Source of the DNA: the human T2T-CHM13v2.0 reference genome, Homo sapiens
Assembly: GCF_009914755.1 (NCBI RefSeq)
Contig: NC_060947.1
Length of the DNA: 64,000 nucleotides
Reading direction: 5' to 3' (one strand)
The notes under the pieces were generated by a model. The model was not told where the DNA came from. It was given only the letters and a program-made list of their open reading frames with translations, and did no database searches. Made by a program: the position numbers and the translations under genes. Shown here one piece after another: positions 1 to 13,052 of the stretch (the stretch's first letter is position 1; each line of letters begins with the position of its first letter).

Positions 1-700
1 TTTGCACGTTAATTTTGTATCCTGAAAGTTTGCTGAAGTTGCTTAGCAGCTTAAGGAGATTTTGGCTGAGATGATGGGATTTTCTAAATACACAATCATG
101 TCATCTGCAAACAGACAATTTGACATCCTCTCTTCCTATTTGGATAACCTTTATTTCTTTCTCTTGCGTGACTACCGTGGCCAGAACTTCCAATACTATG
201 TTGAATAGGAGTGACAAGAGAGGGCATCCTTGTCTTGTGCCAGTTTTCAAGAAAAAAATGCTTCCAGTTTTTGCCCATTTAGTATGATATTTGCTGTGGG
301 TTTGTCATAAATAGCTCTTATTATTTTTAGATATGTTCCATCAATACCTAATTTGAGAATTTTTAGCATGAAGGAGTGTTGAATTTTATCGAAGGCCTTT
401 TCTGCATCTATTGAGATAATCATGTGGTTTTTGTCATTGGTTCTGTTTATGTGATGGATTACGTTTATTGATTTGGGTATGTTGAAACAGCCTTGCATTC
501 CAGTGATGAAGCCTACTTGATCATGGTGGATAAGCTTTTTGATGTGCTGCTGGAATTGTTTTGCCAGTATTTTATTGAGGTTTTTTGCATCAATGTTCAA
601 CAGGGATATTGGCCTGAAATTTTTTTGTTGTAACAACAACAAAAAAATACAGTGTCTCTGCCAGATTTTGGTATCAGAATGATGCTCATCTCATAAAATG
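1..700 (-). mobile_element. LINE-1 (L1PA/L1PB-type) ORF2 fragment, running off the window edge
   Basis: Minus-strand ORF 247-642 reads [39 protein letters not shown], the L1 ORF2 RT N-terminus; frame is disrupted. Confidence 0.95.
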
Positions 701-704
701 AACA

Positions 705-1432
705 GTTTTCTGTTGAGATTAGTAGTGATAGTAACAAATATGATGTATTTGTGATACTGTGTGGTAAACTTTGTCAACATTTGCATAACTCAGTGAACCA
801 ATATTCTCCAAAAGACCAAAGCATGTTGTTTTCAATAATACACACTTAAGGGATCATTCAAAGTACAATATAGACAAATGAATTATATTGAAATAGAGTA
901 GAAAATGTTCATCAGTATGTTTTCAGAATCCACATTGTTATTATCCTGTAAAAAGCTACTACTTATCTAATTTTGGTTTGGTATGAAAGAAAAATTTGTA
1001 CGTTTTTCTGAAAAGGCTATTCAAACACTCCTCCCTTTTTTTATCTACACACCCATGTGAGGCCAGATTATTCCCAACATTACAACTAAAACAACGTATT
1101 ACAACAGAATGAATGCAAAACAAGATATGAGAATACAACTATTTTCTGTTCAGCCAGAGATTAAAGAAGTTAGCAAAAATGTAAAACAATGTCACTCTTC
1201 TTTTATTTTGGTAAATTTGTTATATTTTATAAAATAAGTTATTTTATTAATATGTAACAAATTTATTATTTTAATAAATACATGAATTTTTTTAAAAATT
1301 GACATCTATGCCTAATATAGTAAATATCAATAGATATAACCCACATAAACAAAAGCTCTCTGAGATCCTAAATAATTTTTAAGAGTGTAAATTGCTCTGA
1401 GACCAAAAAGTTTACTTATTTGAGGAATGCTG
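705..1432 (+). mobile_element. hAT-Charlie DNA transposon (Charlie1-like) 3' part with degraded transposase C-terminus
   Basis: ~1013-1200 translates (one frameshift) as KAIQTLLPFLSTHPCEARLF / TTKTTYYNRMNAKQDMRIQLFSVQPEIKE, a hAT C-terminal dimerisation domain pattern; Charlie-type end gagaccaaaaagttt. Confidence 0.8.
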
Positions 1433-2444
1433 ATTTGGACAATCTTTCATTGCTTGTCAGTGCCTAAAATTGCAGACAGTTAGAATCTAATCTTCTGTGT
1501 TTGTAGTGTCCTCTTCCTAAATACTTTTTTCTATTTTAGTATGAAGAGCCTACTCTGATCACTTTATTTTGTAAGAACGGGAACCCAGAGGGTCTGGAAG
1601 CATACCATATCCTTGAGAAGAATGCTGAACAAAAAGGCTAGTCAGGGAAGATAGGGTGCAAATACAGTCTTCACCTATTCCACTGTTTTCCCAATGATCA
1701 ATCCTGGTGACACATATGAAAGTTAATAAGTCTCATAGCACAATGCCTGAAGTGTGAAACTGAGACAAGAGATCCCATTCTTTGCCTCATTCCTTGGCGT
1801 CTTGCTCATTGTTTATGGCTTTGACTAAATGGGCATCAAAGAGATCACCTAGAATTTATTGAAATCTCATTTTTCTGGTTAATACACAGCACATTGACCC
1901 AAATGGCCAGTTATTTGACTGAATAAAATCTTTTCTTATGAAAATTTTCTGAAACAGAATTCATTAAAAATTTATATTATGTGAATCATTTTCCTTGTCA
2001 AGACTATAGATTCTGCACAGGGACCCTCAAGAACTGGCCAAGTGGTAAACTTGTCTCCAAAACGAGCCTCTGGGTTCAGAAAAAAGAACCTCTCTTCCAG
2101 CTACAAAGTATGTTTTTCTCACTGAAAGAAGATATACTTCATCATATGACTCAAAAAAAGTCTTAATGGAAAATATGCAAAAAATGAACCCCTTGAAAGA
2201 TTTATTTATTCCTATTCGTGAAAATTCATTTCCTCTTTCATTTTACTGATTACAGTTTTAAGAGCTCTTTGAGAAAAATATTTTTTGGAAACTACTCTCT
2301 ATCTTCATTCTTACAGTCATTGTCCCAATCTAGGCTCTAATTACCTCAAATGTAATGGTCTATTCTCTAAAAGAGATCTTCACCTCCTGTTTTGCCCCCT
2401 CCTGCAATCCATTCTGTATACTATTATCTCCGTGATCATTCAAA

Positions 2445-2695
2445 GAATTGTAGAAAGGAAGCAGGCTGTTGAGCAAGGCACATATGAATTTGAATCTTGC
2501 CTCTCCCACTTCCTTGTTTACAATCTTTGGGAAGTTAATTAATTTCTCTGTGCTTGAATTCATTAATGCAGAAAATGGGAGATAATATTAGTCCCTACTC
2601 CATAGGATTGTTTGATGAATTAAATTAGATGATGTGGGCGAATTGCCTAGAATGGTGATAGGACATGGAAAGTACTCAGTAACTAATAATTTTAT
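2445..2695 (+). mobile_element. MIR SINE
   Basis: Degenerate MIR core: tttgggaagttaattaatttctctgtgcttgaattc..aaaatgggagataata..taggattgtt. Confidence 0.75.
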
Positions 2696-4426
2696 TTTCC
2701 CTCCTCCGACTCTGTTTATATCCTTTCAATTACTTCCTGTATTCCATGGCTTCTATACTCTAAGGCATTTTTGTAGAACTCCATCCTCCAAGCTTCTTTC
2801 CCTCTGTTTCCAGCATGCCTTATGGGTCAGACAAAATCTTGCCCTCATTCTCACACAAACAGTACATGTTTATTCTACATGTTTATTCTCCATTCATGTC
2901 CTCAGCAATATTCTTTCTCTCTCTTGGAATCTCTTGCCTTCTCTACTCTCTTTAAATTTTCTAAACTGCAGACACTCAAATGTTTCTCCACAGATTTTGT
3001 TATTTGCATACCCTCTATAGTTTTGTGGGGTTTTTGTGTAGTTTTTTGTGAATAATCACAGTATTTAAAATTTAGTTACCTACTTTAGCCTCCTCTTAAG
3101 AAATATTATCTAAGAAATCATAAATTTGTATGGATAATTTTATTATATTTTAAAGGTTTAAAATAAATATATAGCTTTAAATTTTTAAGCTTTTCTTTGT
3201 ACCACCTAAAATAAAAAAACCTTGGTATGTCTCCACTAGGACATTTTATTCTCTGGGAAACACTGCTTAAAGCAAAACTTGCCCATCAAGAAAGGACCAG
3301 AAAACCTTCTCCAACAGGTTCAGCCCATGGTTAATTTATCTTCTTAATTTCCATACAATTTAACAGTCAAGTATGTACTGTGCTTCATTTTCTAACTATT
3401 TTATGAATAATTAACTTGTCACATAAACTGTAGACTCTTGGAGGATAGGAAACATATTTTTTGTTTCCCAAACTCAGCCTTCCTCCACAGCTTTGGAGAG
3501 ATTTCTCATTGTTGTAGTTCATTAAGTATTTGTTAAATGATTAGTTTTCAAAAATGCATAGGAATACTCTGCAGATATATAATCAGACATGGAAAACTCT
3601 TGAAGGTATTTTACCTAAAGCAATTTAGCTTCACTAGTTCTAATTTAAAAAGAATTGAGGTTCACAGTTCACTCTGTCCTTTATTTTTCATTTTTGGATT
3701 CCACTATGTTCCAGAAAGGACTGAAAGTTGTTTCAAAGGAAGAATGTTATAAGAAGATAATATAAGTTAAAGTGGATAAAAAATAATAATGACAAAATTG
3801 GCAAAGACATAAAAATTGAGATATGATAAAAATGAATCCCACAAAGCACACCATAAAAAATCTCCACACTTGCTACCAGTAGATTCTATGTTGGTTCATG
3901 ATTTTTAATCAGACTTTGTAAAAAGAGACACATGACCAATTACAAAGTCAGTATTCATAAAAATAAAATTTAACCATTTGCTTAGGAAAAACCTAGCTTC
4001 TCCTCATACTAAATCATATAGAGCTCTAGGGTTACCTAGGAAACACAATATATGGTAATGAATAACATTCTCAACAATAGCTATCACTCCTCATTTATTG
4101 ATACTGTTAGAGAGAATTTAAAGCCTTTGAAGCACCAAATCATAAACTTTCCCCAGCCTATGGAAGACATAATTCATCATTTAAAGTAAACTTTGATGAC
4201 ATACATAAGAATAAGGAAAGAATTTAGAACTATTGGTAAAATAGTACAACTGCACTACTTTTAAGAATCTTATAATTAGGGTACTTATTACTTTGTTTTA
4301 GTTTATAATGATTTGTAAACCATAAGTCGTACCTAGTAACAAAAAGACTTTCTTTTAAAAGTTAATTGGAGATGACTGTTAGGTTATCAGCTTGCTTTGT
4401 TTCTCCACAGATTTGTTCATTATAAT

Positions 4427-4792
4427 TGTATTAGTTTGTTTTCATGCTGCTGATAAAGACATACCTGAGACTGGGAAGAAAAAGAGGTTTAATTGGACTT
4501 AACAGTCCCATATGGCTGGGGAGGCCTCAGAATCATGGTGGGAGGAAAAAGGCACTTGTTACATGGCAGTGGCAAGAGAAAATGAGAAAGATGCAAAAGC
4601 AGAAACCCCTTATAAAACCATCAGATTTCATGAGACTTATTAACTACCAGGAGAATAGTATGGAGGAAACTGGAGGAAACTGCCCCCATGATTCTAATGA
4701 ACTGCCTTCAAGTCCCTCCCACAACACGTGGGAATTATGGGAGTACAATTCAAGATGAGATTTGGGAAGGGATACAGAGCCAAACCATATCA
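4427..4792 (-). mobile_element. THE1 (MaLR) solo LTR
   Basis: tgtattagtttgttttcatgctgctgataaagac...ccaaaccatatca with TG..CA ends and a perfect 5-bp TSD ATAAT (4422-4426, 4793-4797). Confidence 0.93.
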
Positions 4793-5589
4793 ATAATTAA
4801 CACTCAAAATTTACCTGAGTTAAAATTTTTCATTTGAATTGGGACACTGACTTCTGGTTTTATTTTTCTTCCCTTTTTAGGGTCAGTGACAGAAGAAGCT
4901 GCTTGCGTGCAAGACAGAAATGAAGTAAACTGGTAGGTTTCCTTCTCGCAATGTGAAGGTTTTGTCTGTGAAATAAAGTTGGGATGTGGTGATCATAGCC
5001 AGTTGTAAGAAAAGGATTTCTTGTATTTCTGGATCCCAGGGTTTGCCTTCAAAGCTCAACAGGTCTGGAATTTTTTTGTTTGTTCAGAGAAGAATCTTAC
5101 CCTAGGAAAACTGGCTCACACTAACCATAGGGAGGAACACAACTGCCAAATGGACTGAGATGTGTGTTGGTCTGTCAGTGTATTCTCTTTTCAGTAGGGA
5201 TGCCAATTCAGAAACCTAAATTAACAAAAGATAGGAGCTGAATAAACATTTGAAATCAAAATTAAGAAGGGGATTGAAAGGCTAAACTTGTTTCATTTGA
5301 CATACATCAGCCAGGATGATGCCAGTCTTCACAAGTTATGACATTTCCATCAATCATCCCAAGCTCTTAGTTTCCAATACTGTCAGCTTCTCTTTCCCTT
5401 ACACGCCAACAGGGGTTTGTGCTGCATTTTAAACCTCGTTTCTCAAAACTACTCTCAGACTTAGTTGACACTGTAGTCCTCAAGTGTATGATCTTCCTGT
5501 ATTCACATAGTTTTGAAGGCCCCATATACACTGTACATAAAAACCAGAATTTTAGTACACTGGAGGGAGACCCCGTAATCAATAATGTT

Positions 5590-5870
5590 CATTTACTTAT
5601 TCATGCATTCTTTGAGCATTTGTTTATTTATTAATTCCCATATGTATTCATTCAATAACAATTCATGAAAATGCCTTGTGCTGGACAAATTGGGAATACA
5701 GATATGAATCAGACATGATCTTTGCCCTCAAGCAGTGTGCAGTCTAGTAAAGGGATAATAAATATACAAAAATAATGAAACTATGTGTTAAATTGTGAGC
5801 CTCAAGATGAAGGGGTTGGGAGAGGGGCACTCCAGATGGAGGGAACAACTTAAGCAAAGGTACTTCTACT
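5590..5870 (-). mobile_element. L2 3' end fragment
   Basis: attcattcaa-type tail, then gggaatacagatatgaatcagacatgatctttgccctcaag. Confidence 0.65.
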
Positions 5871-6099
5871 GTTTCTAATTTTGACTTGTATTTTTTAGGT
5901 TTCCTCAGCCTTTGCCCCTCAGGCTTGCACAAGCTGTAGCTTTCTTGTTACTAGGTAAACACTCTTTAGATTTTCCTGAAAATTTCATCTTACCATGGAA
6001 CCTACTGGAATCAGTGAAAATCTAGATATGTCGGTTGTCAAGGAAGGAGATAGGGTGAGGAAGGCTGTTATATAGCCATTGTGTGAGTATGCATAGCCT

Positions 6100-6250
6100 C
6101 TGACTCCCTGCTATTTGAATTTCTCTGCACCAATGAAATAAAAAGAAATAAAATTTGAGTAACGTCATTTGCTCAAGGGACTTACCTTTCATTTGTGCAA
6201 ATAAGGTTTCTGTGGTGAGACACCAGATAAACTCAACTTCCTCTTTCAAC
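6100..6250 (+). promoter_or_regulatory. P2RY10: P2RY10 core promoter: PU.1/Spi-B, RUNX, NF-kB-like and octamer-like sites
   Basis: AACTTCCTCTTT at 6235-6246 (= AAAGAGGAAGTT, PU.1 consensus), TGTGGT 6211-6216, GGGACTTACC 6177-6186, GTGCAAAT 6195-6202; no CpG island. P2Y10 is known as a PU.1/Spi-B target in B cells. Confidence 0.7.
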
Positions 6251-6355
6251 AACAAATGTGTCAGTTATCAGCAGGATCCATGCCGCCAGAGTAAAGCTTT
6301 CTACCCTTTACTCCCTGCAAAGAAACAAGAGTGCTTATCCCAGCTAAGCTCCAGG
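6200..6355 (+). other. P2RY10: P2RY10 exon 1 (5' UTR; start approximate)
   Basis: Strong donor AGG|GTAAGT at 6355/6356 just downstream of the promoter motifs; agrees with my recollection of the mRNA leader. Confidence 0.75.
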
Positions 6356-6854
6356 GTAAGTTAATGCCTAGCACCTGGGGATTGGTGGTTTCATGTGGGA
6401 AGATTGGTGTGATCATAAAAATCAGAACAGAGGTGGATGTGGGGCCAGTGTCTGTATTAAAATTGTCACTGGTTTCTCATCTCAGACATCTTACAACAGG
6501 AGCAAAGATAATTACTGTTGAGTTTGACCAGAGTCCAAAGTTAACGTTAATGCCATCAGTCCTCTTCATTATGCCAGGAGCATGGAGTCTGTGATGCAGC
6601 TCACTCTTTGATGAGGGCTCTTTAGAGAGTGGGACCAGAGAAGATGGCACAAAGTGGTAAGAAGAGTATATTCAGTGAGACTCATTGGGACAACTTGACA
6701 TATTCGGCCAATAAAAGTCAATTTAATTTTTTATGGTGTATAATTTATCTAGCTGCATCGTGAAGGAAGATTTTTGGGTATAAAATCCTTGCTTTGGAAA
6801 ATTTAGCTTTCAGAGATACTGAGACAAATAGTAGAAAGCAGGGTAATAGATTCT

Positions 6855-7000
6855 GGGGGCTGAAAGGGCCCATAGAGATCCAAATCCCTCACAATACAGT
6901 CAGGAAAACTGAGAGCCAGTGAAGTGAAGACACTTAGGTTCACTCAGCTTGTTAGTGGTATAGGTGGATCTAGGACCTGTGTCTTTAAACTCATGTTTGC
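6855..7000 (-). mobile_element. MIR fragment
   Basis: tacagtcaggaaaactgagagccagtgaagtgaagacactt..ttcactcagcttgttagtgg. Confidence 0.6.
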
Positions 7001-7793
7001 CTTTTCCTACAGCAGTTTGCATCTCCCAGAGAATACTGTAAATTTATTTGTGACCCTGCCATTTTTTAGGATAGGAAAGGAGAAAGTATCCCAGATGACT
7101 TCAGAGTCTGGTCAGAGTGGTTCCTTGATCCTTTGAAAGCTAATTTTGACCGAAGTTCAGCCTTACTGGATAGCAAAGCCCATGAGTGAGGCACTCATTT
7201 TTTCAGTTATTATTGCTATTACTCTGAATACTAGCACCTCTCTCCTTCTGAGCTAAGATGACTAAATCAAAAGGAGACTTTCAGCTAAGGAGTCCCTGAA
7301 GGGAGACTGTGCCAAATCATTTGGAACCAGGATAAGGCTGGATAGAATGATACCAGATTTGGCTGTGCTTTCCAGGGGAGTAGGCTCAGTTCCAAGAATC
7401 CTGCAAGTGAGAATATTTTTATTTCAGTTGTTCAAATGGATGTGTGGAGTCATTATGATGTATATTAATTGGAGAATCTATCTCTTAGCAATTGCAGCAC
7501 AGTAAAATTAACCACTTATGAAAGTAGGTGATATGCAGATATACTGAGGTGGAAAATGGTGTAAACTACAGTCAGAATCAGATCACACATTTGGGGCAAT
7601 TGTTTTTGCAATGGTTCCTGTTGAACACAGATTCTTTGGCCAAATGCAGTTTATTTTGGGGCTCAACTGGGAAAGTTGTAGAGTTCAAGTTGTACAGACT
7701 ACTCAAATCTGAAGACATCAAATGAATAAACACATTTATGGGTTGTTTTGGTTTGAAATAAGTGAGTTGGGGTTTTAAAAGACAGGCCAGCCT

Positions 7794-8107
<314 letters not shown>

Positions 8108-8349
8108 CTATACTATAGCTCTCTGTCATGGCTCAAGCAAAGAGAACAAAGCTGTTTATAGTAAAATGAGACTTTCTAAAAGCACTAACAATCAGGGCAA
8201 TGGTTCCCCGGTGGTCTATGATTTATTTTAAAAGCTTTTGGCAAAAAGGTTTATTTATTCTTCAGATCAGTATATTTTGTGGAGAAGTTTTCTCCTAGTA
8301 TCAGTTCATATACATCACAGGTAGAGTGATCAAATAGATAGATCAATAC

Positions 8350-8515
8350 ATAAGGAGTCAGAAGTCTGTGTTATAGTTCAAGTTCTGCCAATGACTGGTG
8401 TGGCCTTCGGTGAGTTATTTCATTTCTGTGCATCTCAATAATCTCATCTATTATAATGGGAGAGGGCTTGGAATAGATGGTTCCTAATTTCCTTCCTAGC
8501 AATCCAATGATTTGA
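8350..8515 (+). mobile_element. MIR3-like SINE
   Basis: ggagtcagaagtctgtgtt..tgtggccttcggtgagttatttcatttctgtgcatctca..gaatagatggttccta. Confidence 0.65.
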
Positions 8516-8674
8516 GTTAGACTGTTAGATACCTAAGAATAGTTAAATGTTATGGAGTGGTGAATAATGGGGCCATAATAGGGAAATCTATCTAGAGAGG
8601 ACATTCTGGAAATGTAGTTCAGATCTCCAAGAGAACTGAGTATCCTTTCCCAATTGCCATTATATTTCTTTCAG

Positions 8675-8723
8675 GTAATGTTATCATGACAGCTTCAACT
8701 TTTAGACCACAGGCAAATGCTTT
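8675..8723 (+). other. P2RY10: P2RY10 exon 2 (49 nt, 5' UTR)
   Basis: Acceptor atttctttcag| at 8674/8675 and donor TTT|GTAAGT at 8723/8724; agrees with the recalled mRNA leader. Confidence 0.75.
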
Positions 8724-9319
8724 GTAAGTAATTTCCCTTTTTTAAAAATGAGAAAATGCAAGAAAAAAGATAAAACTTTCTGAAATCTAATTTCCACAGT
8801 GACAATGACACTCAGTTGGCATTTCTCAATCTTTTAAACCCAAGGTTCCCTTTGAGAAACGTAAACATTTCACTACAAGGTTACTGTGAACTTGCCTTCC
8901 TAGGGACCAGACCCTGGACTTGTAGAAAAATCTGCTCCATCACATTGACATTTTCCAAGTACTAAGTGCCCAACAGTTAAGAGGATTTTGTAGATCTGTA
9001 CTTTCACAGTTTGTATTGTAGAAACAATAATGACATTTTTTATTTTGTTTTCCAAATATATTTGTTATAATAAGGAATATGTTTTATCAAGTAACACTTA
9101 TTTTCTACCCTTTAACTTTAAAAATTACTGCTCTAGGTATTCTAGTCCTCTGCTACAACTACACTTCTTAGGGGATTTTCTAAATCCAGAAATGTACAGG
9201 ATCCAACCAAAGGCCCTTGGAGATGACTCTGTGTACAAATAAAGAGGAAATGAACTCACATTTATTTAATACTTATTGGGTATCAGACATGAAAATAGGT
9301 ACTTTTACACACATTTTCT

Positions 9320-10225
9320 TTTTTTCATTTCTATTTCAATATTTTTTGAACTACAAGTGTTTTTTTCTGTTGCATGGGTAAATTATATAGCAGTAAATTC
9401 TGAGATTTTTAGTGCACCCACCACCTCAGTAGTGCACGTTGTACCTAATGTGTAATATTTTTATGCCTAGCCTGTCTCACCCACCCTCTTCTGAGTCTCT
9501 AGATTCCATTATATCACTCTGTATACCTTTGCATAATCATAGCTTATCTGTCACTTATAAGTGAGAACATCTATTTTTTTTATTTTTCACTCCTGTGTTA
9601 CTTTACTTAGAATAGTGGACTCCACCTCCATCCAAGTTACTGCAAAAATACATTATTGCGATCCTTTTTATGGCTGAGGAGTATTACATAGTGTATATAC
9701 ACCACATTTACTTTATCCACTCGTTAGTCAATTGGCACATAGATTCATTCCACATCTTTGCAATTGTGATTAGTAGGATTGCTGTATCAAATGGTAGATT
9801 TACTTGTAGCTCTTTAAGGAATCTCCATACTGTTTTCTATAGAAGTTGTACTAATTTACATTTCTACCAGCAGTGTAGAAGCTTTCTCTTTTATCCACAT
9901 ATCTACCAGCATCTATTTTTTTTTCACTTTTTAATAATAGCCATTCTTGCAGTAACGTGCTATTTTATTCTGGTTTTAATTTGCATTTCTCTGACGATTA
10001 GTGATGTGGAGCATTTTTTCGTGTTTGTTGGCCATTTGTATATCTTCTTTTGAGGAATCTCTATTTATGTCCTTTGCCCACTCTATAATGGGATTATTTC
10101 TCTTTCTATTGCTGACTTGTTTGAGTTCCTTGTAGATTCTAGTTTCTAGTCCTTTGTCAGATGCATAGTCTGCAAATATTTTCTCTCATTCTGTGGGTTG
10201 TCTGTTTACTCGGATTATTATTTTC
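9320..10225 (-). mobile_element. L1PB-type 3' end inserted into a MIR (MIR halves ~9258-9319 and ~10228-10400)
   Basis: L1 3' UTR/ORF2 end in antisense; flanks acacattttct / acacatttttct; MIR resumes with ttttacaaaagaggaaactgaagc. Confidence 0.85.
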
Positions 10226-11164
10226 AGACACATTTTTCTTTAATGCTCAAAACAAATTATGTGGCAGGAACCATTCTAATTTTACAAAAGAGGAAACTGA
10301 AGCCTGGTGATATGAAGTGAATTGTTTCAGGCCAGAGAACCGACAATTGAGACATGATATGATACCAGGTCTTCCAAAGAACATGATTATTTCCACCCAT
10401 AAAATGCTGCCACAGCTGCAAAAATGATATCTAATTAGGCCGCCTTCCTAAATGATTGAAAGTCCAATACATATTCCTGCATGAAAGTTCAAATTCAAAC
10501 TTTAAGTTGTTGTTTTGTTAATGGTCTAATTGCTTTAATTCATTTTAAGGATAAAAATAATTTTCACTTCCTCTAACAGAAGAAAATGTCTGTACTTGCA
10601 GAATGTGTCCAAATTTGTGTGTATCTCATGTCAACCAGGCTTATTTGGAGTTGATGTAGATTTATTCAGGAAACAGCAGAGTTTCCAATTCTAGCTGCTA
10701 CTCTTTGGTTCTGGTTGTAAGCGGCTGAATGAAGAACACCGGGGTCATGGAGATCAGATTGGCTTGGATAATTCATGTGAAATTTAGTGGTTAAAAAATA
10801 AAAGAAAAAGGTAAGATGAGGCAAAGCAAGTTAAGTTCCCAGATGACATGTAAAAGTTATCCTCTAGAGAGTGGGAGGGGCCCCCATCAGCAACTTGTTT
10901 TCTCTGTTTAATTTTTTCTTCCCCTCCCAGGATGACAAGCCCACAGACAGGCTTCAGCATCAAATAAAATGGAGAAGTAAATTTGATAAACATGTTTACT
11001 TAGTGGTGCCAGTGACTTACTGATGAGTGGTGAAAAGACAGGGAAGATTGAGAGTGAAGATTTATGGAGTTGGTACCAGCTGCATAAATGGTGGCAGTGT
11101 CAATGGTGATGATATTAGTTAGGAGCAGGGTTCAGAGGGGGAATTCTCATGAAATCATACCAAA

Positions 11165-11340
11165 TGAGAGCTAGAAGGGAGTTAAAGGTCATCTAGTTCA
11201 AATCATATTATTTTAATAATGAGGAAATGAAACTCACAGAAGGGAAAGAGCGTATCAGAGCAGCACAAAGAGTATATAAAATTACTGAAATCCAAGTATC
11301 TTAGCTACAAATCCAGTACACCTTTCTATATATTATACTG
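11165..11340 (-). mobile_element. MIR fragment
   Basis: gagctagaagggagttaaaggtcatctagttcaa..tgaggaaatgaaactcacagaaggg. Confidence 0.6.
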
Positions 11341-12594
11341 CTTTTGAGTCTTCTGTATCCTACAGCAAGTCTTGTCCTATTCAGATCACTCCTGTTGTAA
11401 AGAAATTGTTCCATTACTTCTATCTACAGATTTGTTATAATTTGAATTCATAAGCACAATTCCATAAAGAACGTTGGTTTTGATATAATCCTATCCTGAC
11501 ACCTGGTGGGCAGCAATTTGCCATATATGCATAGTGCATATGCATAAAACTGCTAGAACTAGAACCGAAAACAATAGCTTTTTTATCTCTGAGGAACAGT
11601 CTTATCCACAGAAATACCACTTTAAAATATGTTTCTGTCCATATAATAAGTTATTCAGCTAAAAATAACTTTAGCTTTCTGGGCTTATGAAAAGCCTTAT
11701 TAAAGCTGAAATCATAACTCTGACTGCAGAAAGTCACTTACTCCTGCTGAGACTCCATTTTCTAATCTGTAAAGGAGTATAATAGTAATTAACTCAGAAT
11801 TCTTACAAAGATTAGAGGTAACGTGAATAGCACTTAGCTAGTTACTGACAGGATGTGGAAATTTCCTCACTGGGACTTAGGAAACTAATATAAATTCTGA
11901 TGCCATAATAATATAAGCTCAGTTTGGCTGTAACTTTGTGAAAACCACAACGTTGAGCTAGTTGGTTGGGAAGAGCAGCTGCTTTTGGGTAGATGGTATT
12001 AGTATCTAGTAAGATTTTGGGCTCAGCTCCAATGAATCATATTTAAAGACCTTCCATACCTTTGTATTCTGAGAAAACATTTAGTTGTTTCCACAAAATA
12101 AAGTTTTCAGTGATCAAATTCCTAATTAAGTTTAAGGGATTCCTGTTGGATTTCAAAACGAAAGCTGGATTGCCTTCTTTAAAGCTCTTAGGTGTTCAGA
12201 TTTCTTAGACTAAAACCTTATTATTCTTGCTTTGACCACATTTTCTTCAGTAGCAGAAAGGAGAAAGATTATGGCTGTTGTTTAGGAGAGTGTTTCATGG
12301 GAGAGACTTTACAAGTAAAAATGCCTAATGCTCTGCTAATATGTGCCTATGCTCTGTAGTCTTACCTTCTCACAGTGCAGCCTATAAATTCAGTAGGTGT
12401 TCGAAGAAGAGGGGAGTGAGAGTAGGGTTGCCCGATGTAAGGAAAAAATGGGAGTTGAGATGCGATATTGAGACAGAAGTAAAATATTGACCTCTGAGTT
12501 GGGCTCCAGGTAAAAAAGGAATATGATGGAGTTTTAGTCATAACTTTGTGCGTGCCATTTTTATTATCAGGAACATCTTTAGAGCCATACTTTG

Positions 12595-12980
12595 ATTTTT
12601 GTTTTTTTGCCCATATTTTCTTCAACTTTTATTTTAAGTTTAGGGGTACATGTGCAGGATGTGCAGGGTTGTGACATAGGTAAATGTGTGTCATGGTCGT
12701 TTGCTGCAAAGATCATCCCATCACCTAGTTATTAAGCCCAGCATCCATTAGCTATTCTTCCTGATGCTCTCTCTCACCCAACAGCTCCCAACAGACTCCA
12801 ATGTTTCTTGTTTCTCACCATGTGTCCATGTGTTCCCATCATTCAGCTCCCACTTATAAGTGAGAACATGTGGTGTTTGGTTTTCCATTCCTGCATTAGA
12901 TTGCTAAGGATAATGGCTTCCAACTCCATCCATGTCCCTGCAAAGGAAATGATCTCATTCTTTTTATGGCTGTATAGTAT
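12595..12980 (-). mobile_element. Older L1PA 3' end (5'-truncated)
   Basis: ggggtacatgtgcaggatgtgcagg..cccacttataagtgagaacatg; degenerate TSD tttagagccatactttg / tttagagacacactttg. Confidence 0.92.
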
Positions 12981-13052
12981 TTAGAGACACACTTTGTAAG
13001 TGAATCCTGTTATTTCAGAGATGGTGGCTGATTTTTCTGCTTTTCTTATTAG

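Noticed and set aside
4661-4680. Small direct duplications (also ~22834-22862, ~24939-24972, ~53231-53264)
   Set aside because: Ordinary slippage duplications with no sign of function
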